Below, piece by piece: positions 25,001 through 37,700 of a DNA stretch of 64,000 bases. How positions within the stretch are numbered: position 1 is the first letter of the stretch; each line of letters begins with the position of its first letter. The DNA lies in assembly GCF_030144855.1 (NCBI RefSeq), contig NC_082711.1, forward strand, positions 31,186,001 through 31,250,000, in the 5' to 3' direction. The notes under the pieces were generated by a model. It made no database searches. It worked only from the letters and a program-made list of their open reading frames with translations, and was not told where the DNA came from. The stretch comes from Hypanus sabinus (lineage: Eukaryota). The position numbers and the translations under genes were made by a program.

Positions 25001-27060
25001 CAAGAGGATTGGGTCCTCCTAGGACCCTAGGATACATCCTAGGCTCTTAAGGGAAGTGGCGGTCGGGATTGTGGATGCATTAGTGATAATTTTTCAAAAC
25101 TCGCTGGACTCAGCAATGGTCCCGGCAGATTGGAAAAATGCTAATGTAACTCCTTTATTTAAAAAGGACAGAAGGCTGGGAATTATAGGCCAGTTAGCCT
25201 AACATCTATGGTTGGCAAGATGTTGGAATCAATAATTAAGGAAACAGTAACAGGGCATTTGGATAAACATAGCTTAATAGGACAAAGTCAGCATGGCTTT
25301 ACAAAAGGGAAGTCATGTTTGACAAATTTGTTGGAGTTCTTTGAGGACATAACATATAGGGTAGATAAAGGGGAACCAGTGGATGTGGTGTATTTGGACT
25401 TCCAAAAGGCATTTGACAAGGTGCCACACCAAAGATTATTACTTAAAGTAAAAAATCATGGGATTGGGGATAATATTCTGGCATGAGTGGAGGATTGGCT
25501 TTCTAACAGAAAACAGAGAGTTGGGATAAATGGTTTATTCTCAGACTGGCAGTTGGTGACTACTGGTGTTCCGCAGGGGTCGGTATTGGGACCCCAATTC
25601 TTTACAATCTATATTAATGATTTGGAGAAAGGGACTAAGTGCAATGTTTCGAAGTTCGCTGATGACACAAAGATGGGAGGGAGTGTAATGAGTGCGGAGG
25701 ACAGTGAAACCCTGCAGGGGTCATAGATAGGCTGAGTGATTGGGCAGACATTTGGCAGATGAAATATAATACTGACAAGTGTGAGGTCTTGCACTTTGGC
25801 AGGAAAAATAATAGAGCAAGTTATTATCTAAATGGAGAGAAACTGGAAAGTGTTTCTGTGCAAAGGGATCTTGGGGTCCTGGTGCAGGAAACACAAAAAG
25901 TTAATATGCAAGTGCAGCAGGTGGTCAAGAAGGCCAATGGAATGCTGGCTTTTATTGCTAGGGGGATGGAGTATAAGAACAGGGAGGTCTTACTGCAGTT
26001 GTACTGGGTATTGGTGAGACCACACCTGGAGTACTGCGTGCAGTTCTGGTGTCCATATTTAAGAAAGAACATACTGGCTCTCGAGGCAGTGCAGAGAAGG
26101 TTCACTAGGTTAATTCCGGGGATGGGTGGGTTGATGTATGATGAGAGGTTGAGTAGATTGGGACTCTACTCATTAGAGTTCCGAAGAATGAGAGGCGATC
26201 TTATTGAAACATAAAAGATTGTGAAGGGGCTTGATCGGGTGGATGCAGGGAGAATGTTCCCAATGATGAGTGAAAATAGGACTAGGGGGCATAATCTTAA
26301 AATAAGGGGATGCCGTTCCAGGACTGAGATGAGGAGAAATTTCTTCACTCAGAGGGTAGTGGGGTTGTGGAATTTACTGCCCCAGAGAGCCGTGGAAGCT
26401 ACTACACTCAATAAATTCAGAACGGAGGTAGACATTTTCCTGGATAAAAATGGCATTAGGGGATACGGTGAGCGAGCAAGTAAGTGGACATGAGGCTAGG
26501 TTTAGATCAGCCATGTGATCTCCTAGTTTTCGATAGCCTGGATGGGTCGGAGAGGAATTTTCCAGATTTTTTCTCCTCAATTGGCAAATCGGATTCTCCC
26601 CCCCACCCCCCGGATGATCACATGGGTTTAGGCAGGATGAATAATAAAATAAAATGGGCGGCATGGTGCCCTGCTGGTTGGCACTGTTGCCTTGTGGGAT
26701 TCGGTGATAACTAGAGTTAAGATTGGATCAGCCATGATCTTGTTGAATGGCGGAGCAGGCTTGAGGGGCCGATTGGCCTACTCCTGCTCCTATCTCTTAT
26801 GTTCTTATGATATGGTTTTACGGTAAGGGTGGAAACTTCAAGGGGGATATTAGAGGAAGGATTTTTACTCAGAGAGTGGTTGTGCGTGGAATGCACTGCC
26901 TGAGTCTGTGGTGGAGGCAGATACACTAGTGAAATTTAAGAGACTACTAGACAGGTATATGGAGGAATTTAAGGTTGGGGACTATATGGGAGGCAGGGTT
27001 TAAGGGTCGGCACAACATTGTGGGCCAAAGGGCCTCTACTGTGCTGTACTATTCTATGTT
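22073..27060 (+). mobile_element. CR1 LINE with ORF1 esterase-like end and ORF2 (host of a younger CR1)
   Basis: ORF1 remnant RVAFSGLLPV..GFRFLDHWDLFWGRWDLYRLDGLHLN; endonuclease 22713-23234; RT 23970-24933; tail at about 27060. Confidence 0.93.
25009..26809 (+). mobile_element. Younger 5'-truncated CR1 nested in CR1
   Basis: A second RT series (25208-26493) with its own tail cttatgttcttatg. The host resumes colinearly: caagagga|atatggttttacggtaag. Confidence 0.9.
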
Positions 27061-27574
27061 CATTGGCACAAGCCTATCCACCATCACAGACATGCTACAC
27101 AGATAGGTGCCAGAAAAGAGTCAGTGAAGTCATAAAGGATCCCACCCACCTTACTCATGGACTGTTTGTCCCACTCCTGTCAGGGAAGAGGCTACATTAA
27201 CATCCACGCCAGGATCACCAGACTCAAAGACAGGTACTTTCTCCAATCAGTAAGGCTGATCAACACCTCTACCCACTAACCCAGCCCTCCACCCCCACCA
27301 CTACTTTATCATTTCCTGTCAGTCACATTATGTACTGTCACTACTGTGCCCAGTGTCACTTTATAGATGCACAATCAATGCATATAAACTTAGCTTACGT
27401 GTTTGTTTATTGCGCTTAACATTTTTGTCCTGCATTGGATCTGCAGTAACAATTAACTGTCTCCTTTACACTTGTGCACTGGAAATGACATTAAACAATC
27501 TTTAATCTGAAGACATTCTATACATACATCAAGAGCAGGATAACTTGGGAGCAGATAGGATAAAGGAGACGAGC

Positions 27575-27838
27575 TTTGTTACATGTACGTCAAAACTTGC
27601 AGTGAAATCTCTCTTAATAAGTCCAAATATGTGCCAGGGCAGCTCACAAGTATCACCATGCTTCTGGCATTAACATGCCCATAACTTACTAACCCTAACC
27701 CACATGCATCTAAAATGTGGAGCAACTGGAGGAAGCACAAACAGCTATGAGAAGAGCGTACATTACAGACATGTATTACATTCATTACAGACACAGTCAG
27801 TAATTGAAACCCGATCGTTGGTGCTGTAAGCCGTTGTG
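27575..27838 (-). mobile_element. SINE (tRNA-derived, ray-type)
   Basis: Reverse complement has head cacaacggcttacagcacca..gggtttcaatt, similar to the SINE at 33325. Confidence 0.55.
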
Positions 27839-28385
27839 TGTGCTTGGAGCCAGATGTAGGTGAGGCCCTAAATGATTACTTTGCATCAGTACCAGGGAGA
27901 AAGATGTGGAGGACCAGGACATCAGAGTGAAGCATGCCAATTTGCTTGGCTATTTGGAGATAAAAGAGGTAGTGTGGGGAGAAAGGGCATTTTAGTAACA
28001 TGAAGGTGGACAAGTCTCCAGGATCTGATGGGAACTACAACAGCTGATTGAGAGAAGAGATTTCTGGGGCCTGACCAATATCTTTGTTCCCTCTCCAGCC
28101 CTTAAGTACTGTCAAGTAGCTAATGGAAAACAGGGATAAATGTTGGAAACTATAGACTGACGAGTCTCACATCAACAGTCGGGAAAGGTAATGATTAAAA
28201 TTAAGGGAATATAGTGGAGAGAGATTTTAGGGACAGGAATTTTAAGCAATTGGAAGATCATTGCCAAAACAGGGACAGTCAATGCGGCTTTGTGCAGGGC
28301 AAGTTATGTTTTCCTAACTTGACTGAGCTTCTCAAAAGAGGTGATAAAGGGTGATTGATGAAGTAGAGCCATGGATATTGTCCAA
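27839..28385 (+). mobile_element. Old CR1 fragment
   Basis: ggacaagtctccaggatctgatgg (DKSPGSDG) and a QHGF-like remnant. Confidence 0.75.
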
Positions 28386-28414
28386 GTTGGGGAACATTCT
28401 GTAATTATGGAATT

Positions 28415-28925
28415 ACATCCTGAGCAACTGCATCACTGCCTGGTTCGGAAATTGCACAATCTTGGATCGCAAGACTCTGCAGCGGATAGTGAGGTCAGCT
28501 GAGAAGATCATTGGGGTCTCTCTTCCCGCCATCACAGACATTTACACTACACGCTGCATCTGCAAAGGAAACAGCATTATGAAGGACCCCATGTACCCCT
28601 CATACAATCTCTTTTCCCTCCTGCCATCTGGGAAAAGGCTCCGAAGCATTTGGGCTCTCACAACCAGACTATGTAACAGTTTCTTCCCCCAAGCTATCAG
28701 AATCCTCAATACCCAAAAGCCTGGACTGACCCCTTGCCCTACTGCCCTGTTTGTTATTTATTGTAATGTCTGCACTGTTTTTGTGCACTTTATGCAGTCC
28801 AGTGTAGGTCTGTAGTCTGGTGTAGCTTTCTCTGTTTTTTTTAATTACGTAGTTCAGTCTCATTTTTACTATGCACTGTACCAGCAGTTATGGTCGAAAC
28901 AACAATAAAAGTTGACTTGACTTGA
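28415..28925 (+). mobile_element. Rex1/Babar 3' end
   Basis: ORF 28462-28815 contains DRKTLQRIVRSAEKIIG; tail aataaaagttgacttgacttga. Same family as 19461-21372. Confidence 0.9.
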
Positions 28926-30756
28926 TTGCATGAATACAGATGTTAATTCAAACAAGAACCACCCTTCAGTTCTTAATGTAAATTGCAAGCTGTAACCAGT
29001 TTGAAGAGGACAACTGTGCTATCATTGTCTATGAAGTACAGACCGCTGGCCTACAGCAGGGGGTTTGCAAAGTGAAATGCCCACTCTTGAATGCATCAAC
29101 CGATTAAGACAATGGGGTTATGTTTATTGGCCTGATTTATTGCAGGCAACATTACTTTGCAATATTGTGACCGAGTCCAAGCAAGCTTGAGGACCAGACT
29201 AACTTTGTTAGTACATCAAACATAACCCCAGGTATAGCTGATAAACCAATGGTTAAGATATTTGTGTACTCTGAATCAGCCCCAACAACATTTATTTTGG
29301 GCGTCTGGGATCTCTGTCAACAGAAGCCTTCAGAACAGTGTGAAGGAACAAGGATCAACTTTATTTACTTTCTACTGTACATTTACATACACTGAGAATT
29401 TAGGTGTTGGCGCAACATAATAACATTCAATTATAAAGATACAAAATTATATAAAAATAGTTAGAAGTACAGGTATGGAATAGAATGTGCATAAATACCA
29501 ACAAGCATTTACAATTTCTTGTCCCAGACACGTTTGAGCATCGAGGTGTCTCCCACCATAGATATGCAACTCAAAGGAAGCTTTGTCAGACTCAGTGTTG
29601 AAGTAAGCAACGTCAGTGTAACTATTGAAAGTGTATTGAATCACCTCCTGTTATCTTTGATCTTAAGGGTACAAAAATCTGATGTTTGGGATACTCCACT
29701 GAGAGGGCCTCCAGAATATCTGCTTGTCATAATGAATAAAGACCTTTATATCATCAGATTCAGTATCTCCAGTGACTCAGACCAGTCACAACAGTCCACA
29801 TGGATTTTAGTAAGGCGTTTGACAAGGTCCCTCATGGGAGGCTCACCAGTAAATTAAGATGCATGGAAACCATGGTGATTTCACTATTTGGAATCAGAAT
29901 TGGCTTGCCCATAGTCAAGAGGGTAGAACTCAATGGGGCTTTTTCTGGCTGCTGGTCAGTGACCCAGTGCTCTGGAGTGAACATTCTTCATTCCAAAGAC
30001 AATGGGATTTTAATTTCACCATTGCAACCTCAACTTGACAGGTCAAGCCCCAGTCATTTTGCAACTATCCTTTCTTTCCACTCTCTGGAACAGCATCCTG
30101 AATCACCCTTCCTCAGAGCAGGTGATCTCAACAAGCCCAAGTTTATCACCTATTAAATCTTGTAGTTCAGCATGACATTTGGACCTTCAAATTGTTGTAA
30201 AGTATCATGGTATATTTCTTACAATGAGTAATTGTACAAAATAACTGTGGCCCCCAAGCACTTCATTACATGTTGGCTCTTTTGTAATATGGGAAAGATT
30301 GTTTAGACACAGTTCCATCAATAGCATTGAGATAAAATACCAAGTTATCTGTTGCAGGTGTTAAACAATGATCAATATTGGCTAGGGCAAAGTACTGCCA
30401 TCTCTTCGGCAAATAGCATCATATACTACATTATCTGAAGAATAGGGAGGACCTCTGTTTAGTTCCAAACACAATGTCAGAGGGTACAACACTCCCTCGA
30501 CAATGAACTGAAATACCATCCTAGTCCTGGGAAAGGAATTGAACAATTGAATTTGGAATACAAGGGCACAACCATACTACCAGAAACTCACTGACCCTTG
30601 CAAAACAAGAATTACTGACATGGGGCATTACCGTCGTTGATGTCCACAGGGAAGGATGCAAAGAACAGCTGTACAGCCTGTCCTTTTACTTGGATAGAGG
30701 ACTTGCTCAGACTAACAGGTTGAAAATATCTGTAGTCATTTAATAAACCTAAATCA

Positions 30757-31095
30757 TAAAACACAAGAGGTTCTGCAGATGCTAGAAATCCAAAGTAACA
30801 CATACAAAATGCTGGACGAACCCCACAGTCAGGCAGCATCCACGGAGAGGAATAAACAATGTTTCAGGCTGAGACCCTTCATCAGGACTGAAAAGGAAGG
30901 AGACGCCAGAATAAAAAGGTGGAGAGTGCAAGGATAGCTAGAAGATGATAGGTGATGCCAGATGAGGTGGAATGAGAAATTGGGAAGTGATAGATGGAAA
31001 AGACAAAGGGCTAAAGAAGGAATCTGATAGGAGAGGAGAATGGATCATGGAGAAAGGGAAGGAGGACACCAGAGGGAGATGACAGGCAGGTGAGA
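30757..31095 (-). mobile_element. Penelope pLTR fragment
   Basis: ctgcagatgctagaaatcc..aaaatgctgg..gtttcaggctgagacccttcatcaggactg followed by a purine-rich tract. Confidence 0.75.
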
Positions 31096-31599
31096 ACTTA
31101 CAAGTCTTGAAAATATTGAACAAAACTGATGTTGATAAATTTTCAGCTTGTTTGGTATTTTCAAAACATTCTTTTAAACTGAAAGATTGTTAAGACAAGT
31201 CAACCATTTGTGTGGAGTTATGAATAACTAATTTCCTACATGGACTTTGCTATCGCTATTGCCAGTCCAGGGTGAGAAAATGGTTGACAAGAATTAATTT
31301 CCTTCCCTTTTATAAGTCAGCCTTGCCTGTGTGCATCTAGTTTTACATCTAGAATGACATTAACTTTCAGCTTCCTCCAAAAAGTGTGCAAAGTACTAAA
31401 AATACAAATTTCAGCGGAGAGATATTGTGTAGTGTTTGACAAGTGGGAACCACAAACGTTATGGCAACAGCTTTTGGTATTATATTATTGGTTATTATTT
31501 CACTTTGAGAGATTGTTAGTGCAGCTTCCTCATATATTCATTTGATTGAATAGGTAAGCATACCCAAAAGCAGTAAGCCCTATTTTGGAGACGACATTT

Positions 31600-31790
31600 G
31601 GCAGCACAGTATCTGAGCGAGTAGAACTGCTCCTCAGCTCCAGCAAGTCAGCTTCCATGCTCACCTTGGGTACTGTCCAGGAGAGTTCTCCATATTCTTC
31701 CTCCTTTTCCTTGGGTTTGCTCCAGGTGCTCCGATTCCTTCCCATATCCCAAAGATGTATGGGTAGGTGGGCAAATTGCCTGTGTAGGTG
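31600..31790 (+). mobile_element. HE1/V-SINE-like SINE
   Basis: ggcagcacagt head and tgggttt..ccaggtgctccgattccttcccatatcccaaagatgt core. Confidence 0.65.
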
Positions 31791-32589
31791 AATGGAGGTA
31801 GTGAACTCAAGTACGTCAAGAGTTAAAAGTAATTAATAAGACATGTATTTGCAAGTCAATATGGACTTATCAGGATGAATTAGCATATCGACTGCTTATT
31901 CCCCTCCATGGATACTGCCTGAACTGTTCAGGTCCTCCAACATGTGTGTTACTGTGGGATGATTGGCCTCTATGTTGTGGGTTTCTGACTCCACAGTTGT
32001 TACTAGGGATGCTATAATCCTCCTCTGATCTTTCCTGATCCCCAACCAAAGGCTGGCTGCAAAACATGTTGACTAAGCTGGTGCCAAACTCAGATTGGCT
32101 GGTGTCTCTCTCCATCTCCAAGTGACCTAGCAGCCTGCCAATAGTGATTGTTGAGGAACCTGTACAGAGAATAAGCATCCTAAAGATTAGATAAATAAAA
32201 ATAATTTAATGAATATGAAAATAGGAAGGAGCTGAAAGTTTGCGACGAAACCTCTTGCATTAGAAAAATTCCTTCTTTAGAATAGTTCTTGCCTGAGATC
32301 TTGGTGCACTCTGAGCACCCCCTACTGGCTCACCAAGGAAGATAACATCTTGGAGAAAGCATGGTGAAACTTGGGAATTTTGACCCAAAAGTTATTCAAT
32401 TCATAACTGCAAGAAGTTATGTTGCTTTTATATATATACAATTATATTGATAAATATTTCAATTAACACAGGGTACACCAAAAGAGTAGAGTTTTAAAAA
32501 GTAGTATATCTGCTTCAAAGCTTGTAAAATAAGTTAAAAACACAGTGATGCCTACTTTGTTGTTGTAAAATAAGTTGTTGGTTTCAAAT

Positions 32590-33320
32590 TGTTATGCACA
32601 AGCTGAGGGTTATCTATATGAATCACTTATCACAGACATGTCAGGAAATCTGTTGTTTTGCTGCAGCAGTATTGTGCAAGGACAAAGATCTATTACAATA
32701 AATAGTGTAAAACTAAAGGAATGAGGCAGCACTCATGGACTATTTAACAATCTGATGCTGGAGTGGAAGATGTTCCTGAACGTTTGTATGTGGGTCTCAG
32801 GCTGCTGTACCTTCCCCAGATGTAGGAACAAGCAGGCCTGTCCCAGATGGTGAGGGTTCTTAATGATGGATGCCACTTCTTGAAGCTGGGCCTCTTGAAG
32901 ATATCCTCAATGATGTAAGCAGGTTGCACCCTCTGCAGTCTTGTGATCAAGTACATTGGAGTCTCTGTACAAGGTGCTGCATCAACCAGTCAGAATGCTA
33001 TTCATTATACATCTACAGAATTTAAAATAAAATCTTTTCAAATCATCACAAAATCCTAATGGAGTAGAGCAGCTGCATATTGGGCCCAGGAAAGATACTG
33101 AGACGTTGACACTCAAGAACTGAAAGCTGTTCACCCTTTCACCCGCTAACCCCCTTAATGAGGATTGAAGGGTAATCATTTCCCTGATCTTCCTGGCACT
33201 GAGGTTGTTATTGTGACACCACTTAAGCAGCTGATTTATCTCACTCCTGTACACCACCTTATCACCATCTTGAGATTATACTAACAATGGTGATGTAAAT
33301 CAACAAATTTATAGAAGTCA
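32590..33320 (-). mobile_element. Degenerate Rex1/Babar fragment
   Basis: YRSEINQLLKWCHNNNLS and ERVNSFQFLSVN remnants. Confidence 0.75.
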
Positions 33321-33324
33321 TTTG

Positions 33325-34370
33325 AGCAGCAGTTAATGTGACGCTATTACAGCCAGGGGCGTTACGGAGTTCAATTCTAGTGCGTTTCTGTAAAGAGTCC
33401 CTGTACATCCTCAACATGGAGTGCACAGACTTCATCCGAGTCCTCCAGTTTCCTCCCCACAATCCAAAGATATACCTGATGGTTAATTGGTCATTGTAGA
33501 TATCCCCCAAGGTGGTTGTAATTTGGTGGGGCAGCGTGGCTCGAAGGCCAGGTCCTACTCCATGCTGCATCTCTAAATATAAACAAAAAGTCAGCATTAG
33601 CTTGAGGACATGATTACCCAATGCTAGGGTGCTTTGGAAGGGTATTCAGTTGCACTAAGCAGCCAAGTTTATAGGATTACTCGATAAAGAGATGGGCTAC
33701 AAATACACATATTGATGATAAATCAAGTTTCTGGTTGCTTATAAGTGTAATTTGAACACTAACTACTGAAATAATTCCTTCCACAACAGGGTTCCTCCTG
33801 GACTTTCGACTGTGAGTTCCCAGTTGTCTCTGCATAGATTTTTTTTCCTGGATTCTTTGAACCTCAATCAAAAGGCAGAACAGATGGTGCAGCCAAAAGA
33901 GCTGCCACCTCGTGTCCAAAGACCTCCAACTCAATCTCTGTGGTGTTTGCACATTCTCCTTGTAGCTGTATGGGCTTCCTCTGGATTTCCCCAAATCCCA
34001 AAGATATGTTGGCCAGAAGGTTAACTGGCTGTGATAAATCACCTTTATTTTGTAGGTGTGGGTAGTTAAACTATGAGAGACATTGTTCACTTCCCACAAA
34101 TAATTGCCAAAGCATGGAAATTTGTGCCAGCCACCAAGCACCCATTGTATTCTCTCCACATTTTCAACCACTCACTTGCACATCAGTGGTCGTTTACCAT
34201 AACTAACTTATGAATCCAACATCTGTGGGATGTGGGAGCAAACTAGAATGCCTATGTGGGGAACCCAACAGTAGTCACAGGGATAACATGCAAATTCCAC
34301 AAAGCTGTCACTGGAAGTCAGGAATGAGCCCATATTGCTGGAGCTGAGAGGCAACAGCCCTACCAGTTGA
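33325..34370. mobile_element. Cluster of three SINEs (33325-33582 +, about 33885-34070 +, about 34110-34370 -)
   Basis: Each has the ccagtttcctcccaca.tccaaaga V-SINE-like core. The first has a box B-like ggagttcaattc. Confidence 0.65.
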
Positions 34371-34734
34371 CTCCATCAACTATCCAAGTTACTTGGCTAA
34401 CCAGTTACCCAAGTTTTGCAGATATCCAGAATTTGCCATCCAAGTTTGAAGTCATAAACCCTCAATGCATTTTAGAAAACACAATGGGATGCCAATGTGA
34501 AATGCAGTCATTTTCTAGTTAAGCAATCTTCTATGATTTAAAGTTGACTTACCGCTGGCATATTGCTAGAATTAAAATGCTACCCCTCATGACAAGTCTA
34601 TTTACATCTACATTATTAAAACTTGAAGATCCACTCTTAAATAAAAGAGACCCAAAGGTTGATGTGAATAAGTTTATAAAATCTTCACCCACTTATACTG
34701 ACCATTTCTAGTCAGTGTTTGACAGTATGCAAGT

Positions 34735-37700
34735 GCACAAAAACAGTGTTTGTGCACTTTATTCAATTATTCCTGGGAACAAAAATCATGAGGTAGCCAC
34801 AAGCCACAGCAACTTGTACTCTGCCTGGGCAGGTCAGCTCAGTGCATTTACACCCATTTCACCAATAGACAGACCTGTCAAGTTTAGCTCCAAAAATCCA
34901 GAAACCCAATTACAAAAAGATGCAGATTCCTAACTTGGTGCTAAAGTAGTGTAACATTGTGCATGTGGAAATACAAATGGCTGATCCTGCATATACACAC
35001 GCTTATTTTTGAAACAGCCAACAAGCTTGCTCAGAGGTCAATTCCTTGCCTTAGCAGCACATCAGGGTGAAAACCCGGCTTAGAAGTAGTTTTATTTACT
35101 AACTTGCACATCTAAATTTTGATTTACTTCACTGACTGCACAAGACAGGGTGACAACTAGGTCTTCTAATATTTAATGAAAAGTCAACTGAAGCAAAAAA
35201 AAATATTAAATTATGACCCATTGAATCTCTGCTTGGCATAGAGCAGTAAGCTTGCTTCTCTCACTGAAAGCTCAATTTAGAAAACGTTCTTTTCCTACAT
35301 CAGGTTTCAAGAAAATGGGAGAAAGATGGAGTTGTGACTGAAAACAATTAAGAGGATAGATTGAAGAATTTACTGGAGTGGCCTGCTTTGCTAAGCTATG
35401 TAGTTGCTTCGTTTGGTTTTGTTTCTACAGAAGGGCTTCCATGATTCCTATGCTATATTTTAATTAACCAATCTTACTGTTCAATTCAGTCAAGCCAGTT
35501 AAATCACAATTTAAAAGGACAAGTGGGCATTCATGAGGATTCCAAGATCAAGCTGTTATTAAATTCTCAAACACTTGTGTGACTAAAACCCTAGTGAGTT
35601 GGGTGGGAGGAGAAACATGAGTGAGCCCAATGTGGAAAGCACAACATATAGGCAAACCCATCAATTTTTATTTTCACAACAATGAGCCAAAAAAGAGAAA
35701 CCCCCAATTCAAACATGATACAACGTTGCAAGGAACATGATTAAGTTATAATAAAACCAGACCTATCAATTTTTCTTGGGAACAAAATTCAATAATTAAG
35801 TGGAGGATGAAAGAGACCATTTTAGTCATACATTAAACATTTAATTATTTAGTACAACACATGTGCCAGTCTAAGCACACCATATTTAATTGGACCATTG
35901 AACAAAAATTCAACTCAATTCCAAGTTAGAAATATAGTCAAGCAAAACAGCATTCAAGAAACCGGTTTGAATTTGATATTTTTGAAAAAGTATGCGATAT
36001 ATTGCCCATCATATTCTCCGTATAATGAAATTGATAAACTTTTGCTAGAATAACTTCTCTCAATTTGCTGAAATGATCCTCATTTCAAACTTCAATCTTG
36101 AGATTCAAACATTAATTAGCTAAAACACAAATTTACATGAATAGTCCAAAAGATGCCTTCAGTTTTGCTTTGTCCTAGGCTGCTCGAAGTAGTGGTCCAG
36201 ATTTACCTTCCATCACCATTTGTTACTATGGCATAAGTCCCATTATTTAATACAGTCAATTTTAAAGCTTAAGAACTTTAGTGTGCATTTAGTGCACACA
36301 ACTCAGTGTTCTTTGGGTGCTAAATTACCACAGTCCATTTTGCTCTATGTAATGTAAACCTAAAGTAGCAGAAGTAACTAAAAATGCATGTCATTTTTAC
36401 AACATCATATTTATATTATAAGATAGCATGAAATAGAATAGTTGCATTATAGAGATCAATACCATTCATATTGCAGAGAACACTAACACAGGAAATTGAT
36501 TTTACAATTGCTAACTCAATTTATTTTCAGAAGCTACATTTTCAAATGAGACAGTTTTGCATTGTATGACACAAAGAAAAATTAAATTACCAATAGTTTA
36601 CATGTAAGCTTGATTCCAGTTCGTATTGCAGCATTTTAAGACAAAACAAAAAACCCTCAATGCTTCCAATATTTATCCTCCAAAGCAGGTTCTGCCATTA
36701 CCTCCCCTTCAATTGTCCACTGTTAGTGTAATTGGTTACAGTACACAAAATTGCAACAAGCTGAAGTAAATACAGCAACAGGCATCATCATGGCCATCTC
36801 CTGCATTTATAAACTGCACTACATGCAGACAGACAAAAGGGGTCATTATGATTGGCTGCAACAAATATTGTTAACAGCTCAGTGACATATCAATTGAACA
36901 GTACTATTGTGGCATTCACAATACATCATGTGGTTTTGATATCTTCATCTAACTTTATTGAGGTGCAACACAAACAGGTAGCTGTTTCATGTTGGTGGAT
37001 TTACTAAGTTTTAGTGCTTTATCCACATGAGATTATCCTGCCTCGCTCACGTTTACACCTGTGTGTGTGTGAACACAGCAAGCCTCCATAACCGTGACAG
37101 ATAATTCAATTTCAGCTGCTGTTATGAAAATAACAGTATCCACTACAACTGTCTAATCAGATATGATCAAACTCCATGCTCTGGTAACAGAAATCAAGTA
37201 ATTGTGTGCCCTTTACTAAAAAAAAACAGCAAATAATTAATAGTGCACTCACACTTATAGCAGGATGCTGAACATCACAATAAAAATGTACCAGTTGGCT
37301 ACAAGATAATGAATTGGTTGTGTTATTGAGCAGTTCTCACTGGATGCAGCCGTTGATCACCGTACTTTCAGCAGCCAAGCAAATTCACCCACAGTTGACT
37401 TTAACCCTACACAAATTGTCAAACTGCTGCACACACCGACCCCAGGGGAAAGAGCACGCTCAGCAAAAGAAAATGTAATGGCACAAATGTTTCAATTATT
37501 TTCTACCTCACGATTATATAAAATTTAAGTCCGTACATAATTTCAGCTTGTTTGGCGTGTGCATTTTTAAACTGTTACCTGAGATGTTAATGATTCAAAA
37601 TAATGATGCAAATTACCAGGTCATTCTTTAGAACCTGCTCAATTAGTTTTTAGGGAAATGGGTGGAGGAAAATGAAAGGAAAGATAATTAAAAGGCCATT

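Larger units (their letters stand above)
21790..27510 (+). mobile_element. Old Rex1/Babar fragment split by CR1 (21790-22072 and 27061-27510)
   Basis: ttcaaattcctgggagtgcac (FKFLGVH). aaaactgtccagcac joins cattggcacaagcctatccaccatc. IKDPTHLTHGLFVPLLSGKRL follows the insert. Confidence 0.75.

Noticed and set aside
35040-35120. Possible mir-15/16 gene on the plus strand (tgccttagcagcac resembles the mir-16 5' arm)
   Set aside because: No complementary TGCTGCT-containing arm on either side, so no pre-miRNA hairpin.
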